Shown here one piece after another: positions 50,231-51,969 of a stretch of DNA of 51,969 nt. This DNA is from Promethearchaeota archaeon. GTDB taxonomy: Archaea > Asgardarchaeota > Lokiarchaeia > Sigyniarchaeales > SOKP01. The stretch covers positions 1-51,969 of the forward strand of contig JBHLMP010000015.1 of NCBI GenBank assembly GCA_048938025.1. Direction: 5' to 3'. Position 1 is the stretch's first letter. The number at the start of each line of letters is the position of its first letter. A program made the translations under genes and the position numbers. Below the pieces are notes generated by a model. It did no database searches and had not been told where the DNA came from. It was given only the letters and a program-made list of their open reading frames with translations.

Positions 50231-51093
50231 GTATGTATATCAATTTAATTGAAGAATTCTCTGAGAAAATAATCAAACAATTATTTCTAATTTCAAGTAA
50301 AGAAGAGATGGATGATTCATTTCAGAATAGTAGTGAAAAAATTTTAGAGAATCTTAAAAAAATTTTAACGAACTTAAAAACAGAACAAAATGAAAGTGTC
50401 AAATTAGAAGATGAATTACGTGAATTAAATTCTGAATTGTTTAAATTAAGAATTCATTTTGAAGATATAAAAAAGAAATATAATACAATAAATCATCAAA
50501 TTGAGGATTTTGAGTTAAAAATTAATGAGTCAAAAAATTCGTTAGAGCATTTAGATGCAGATTTACTTAAAACTACAGAAGAATTAGAGAAATATAGAAA
50601 TGAAATAGAAAATTTGAAATCAAAAATATCTGCTAAAGAATCTGAGAAAGAGGTTCTTGAGCAAAAAAAGAACGATAATGAGGAAAAGAAAAATGAGTTA
50701 TTATCAAAAATAACTAAGAAAAGAGAATCTATAAAAGAAGATTATAACAATAGAAAAGAAGAATTCAATAAAGAATATTCTAATAAATTTGAAGAATTAA
50801 AACATAATTGGTCTAAGAAAATAGATAATGAGAAACAACAAATTAGTGAATTTAAGAAAAATTATTTCTTTACTTCATTTTTAATTGATCACTCTGAAAA
50901 AATTCCCGAATTAGATATTATTGCAACTTTAATAGAAAAAACACAGTGTAATCTCGATGAATTAAAGAATACAATTGATTTACCGCCAATTTTAGCTATA
51001 AGAACTATTAAACAAATGGCTATAAAACAAATAATTGATCTTGATGAAGATAATAATATTGTATCCCTGTCAAAGAGTGCTCTAAGTAGTTAA
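50227..51093 (+). CDS. Coiled-coil protein with C-terminal winged-helix-like domain
   Basis: ATGA overlap with the upstream gene; IIATL..LDELKNTIDLPPILAIRTIKQM..IIDLD..VSL. Confidence 0.7.
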   Translation: MSMYINLIEEFSEKIIKQLFLISSKEEMDDSFQNSSEKILENLKKILTNLKTEQNESVKLEDELRELNSELFKLRIHFEDIKKKYNTINHQIEDFELKINESKNSLEHLDADLLKTTEELEKYRNEIENLKSKISAKESEKEVLEQKKNDNEEKKNELLSKITKKRESIKEDYNNRKEEFNKEYSNKFEELKHNWSKKIDNEKQQISEFKKNYFFTSFLIDHSEKIPELDIIATLIEKTQCNLDELKNTIDLPPILAIRTIKQMAIKQIIDLDEDNNIVSLSKSALSS

Positions 51094-51153
51094 ATAACTT
51101 TGAGTGCCTTAAATTATTCAACATTTATTTAAATAAATCTATGGATTAGAATT

Positions 51154-51546
51154 ATGGTTAAAATATTGGAAAATATTTGGATAATGACAACTACAGGATC
51201 TGTAATATATCATCGTAAATATGATCCTATTATTGATGAACAGCTTTTTGGGGCTATAATTTCATCTCTAAATACATTTGCCGAAAAAGGTTTATTTGAA
51301 GATTCAATCTCAAGTTTCGTAATTAGTGATAAAATCCTTTATCTTAAAAAAAAAAATAATATCTTGTTTGTTACTGACACTTCAGAAAAGAAAAAAGAGA
51401 AAAAATTAATAAAAGAATTAGATAAAGTAATAGAAAAATTTTTTAACCTTTTTCCACCTAATATTTTTATTAATTGGGATGGAGAAATTAATCAATTTGA
51501 AAGCTTCGAAAAGGAGATAGAAGAATCATTAAAAGAATATGATTAA
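51154..51546 (+). CDS. Longin/roadblock-like small protein
   Basis: IWIMTTTGSVIY..DEQLFGAIISSLNTF..WDGE. Confidence 0.65.
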   Translation: MVKILENIWIMTTTGSVIYHRKYDPIIDEQLFGAIISSLNTFAEKGLFEDSISSFVISDKILYLKKKNNILFVTDTSEKKKEKKLIKELDKVIEKFFNLFPPNIFINWDGEINQFESFEKEIEESLKEYD

Positions 51547-51645
51547 ATCAATAATTAAATTTATTTAGGTTTTCAAAAAATATTTAAAATAAGAATATAT
51601 AATTTTTTAGAAAAAAATTAATCTATTTAAAGATTTGAAAGTGCA

Positions 51646-51969
51646 ATGTCTGAAGATTGGCCTTATAAGCCTAGAGATCCTAACGAGATAATTGAAGATT
51701 TTGAAAAAATTTTAGCTCAAAAAGATCATGAATTAAAACAAAACTATGAAAAAATTGAAGAATTAAAATTATCTTTAAGTTCCGCGGAAAACAAAATGAA
51801 AGAAACTGATGCAAAACTAGAATTCGCAACTAATAAAATTTCTAACTTAGAAGAAGAACTGTTAGAATCTAAAACAAAATTAAATTCTTTTAATTTAGAA
51901 AAAGAAGAATTATTAAAAACACTTAAAAACAATGATGATCAAATTTTAAACCTTAATTCCGAGATTGAT
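51646..51969 (+). CDS. Coiled-coil protein, truncated by the window end
   Basis: Open frame MSEDWPYKPRDPNEIIEDFEKILAQKDHELKQ.. for 108 codons with no stop. Confidence 0.75.
   Translation, partial: MSEDWPYKPRDPNEIIEDFEKILAQKDHELKQNYEKIEELKLSLSSAENKMKETDAKLEFATNKISNLEEELLESKTKLNSFNLEKEELLKTLKNNDDQILNLNSEID

Noticed and set aside
49379-51969. Calling the coiled-coil proteins SMC or ESCRT-III
   Set aside because: No Walker or hinge motifs and no recognisable Snf7 signature; coiled-coil similarity alone is uninformative
1-51969. CRISPR arrays, rRNA, transposases or integrase at the tRNA
   Set aside because: None seen; no duplicated tRNA 3' end (att site) noticed

Overview
AT-rich archaeal DNA that most likely comes from an Asgard archaeon (Lokiarchaeia-like). 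This is inferred from a roadblock-Rab-like GTPase, longin-like proteins, a RING-H2 protein, an IPGY 'Loki-CTERM'-like tail, a histone and a UGA-recoded HdrA. The left part holds thiamine genes (thiC, thiDN), a RING-TPR/roadblock-GTPase pair, a histone, transport and acetyltransferase genes, an AOR-MoaD operon, a tRNA-Arg(CCU) with a T-loop intron, an Sm protein and an Lrp/two-component/GDH locus. The centre (26.2-42.2 kb) is an unusual redox island. It contains a wHTH-HdrA-MvhD fusion followed by a group-3 [NiFe] hydrogenase whose two genes appear to need CTG starts. The divergent run has two TraB/Tiki-like paralogues, an MtdA/B-type methylene-H4MPT dehydrogenase, NfnA/SudB and a wHTH-ferredoxin-FrhB-NfnB/GltD fusion (candidate F420-linked Nfn). 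Cdc48 and a 683-aa HdrA with two in-frame UGA codons at Cys positions (double selenoprotein, split in the ORF track) follow. The right part has a SIR2-TPR protein, longin-like proteins, a P-loop ATPase and coiled-coil/winged-helix proteins. All calls come from reading motifs by eye; no database searches were run.
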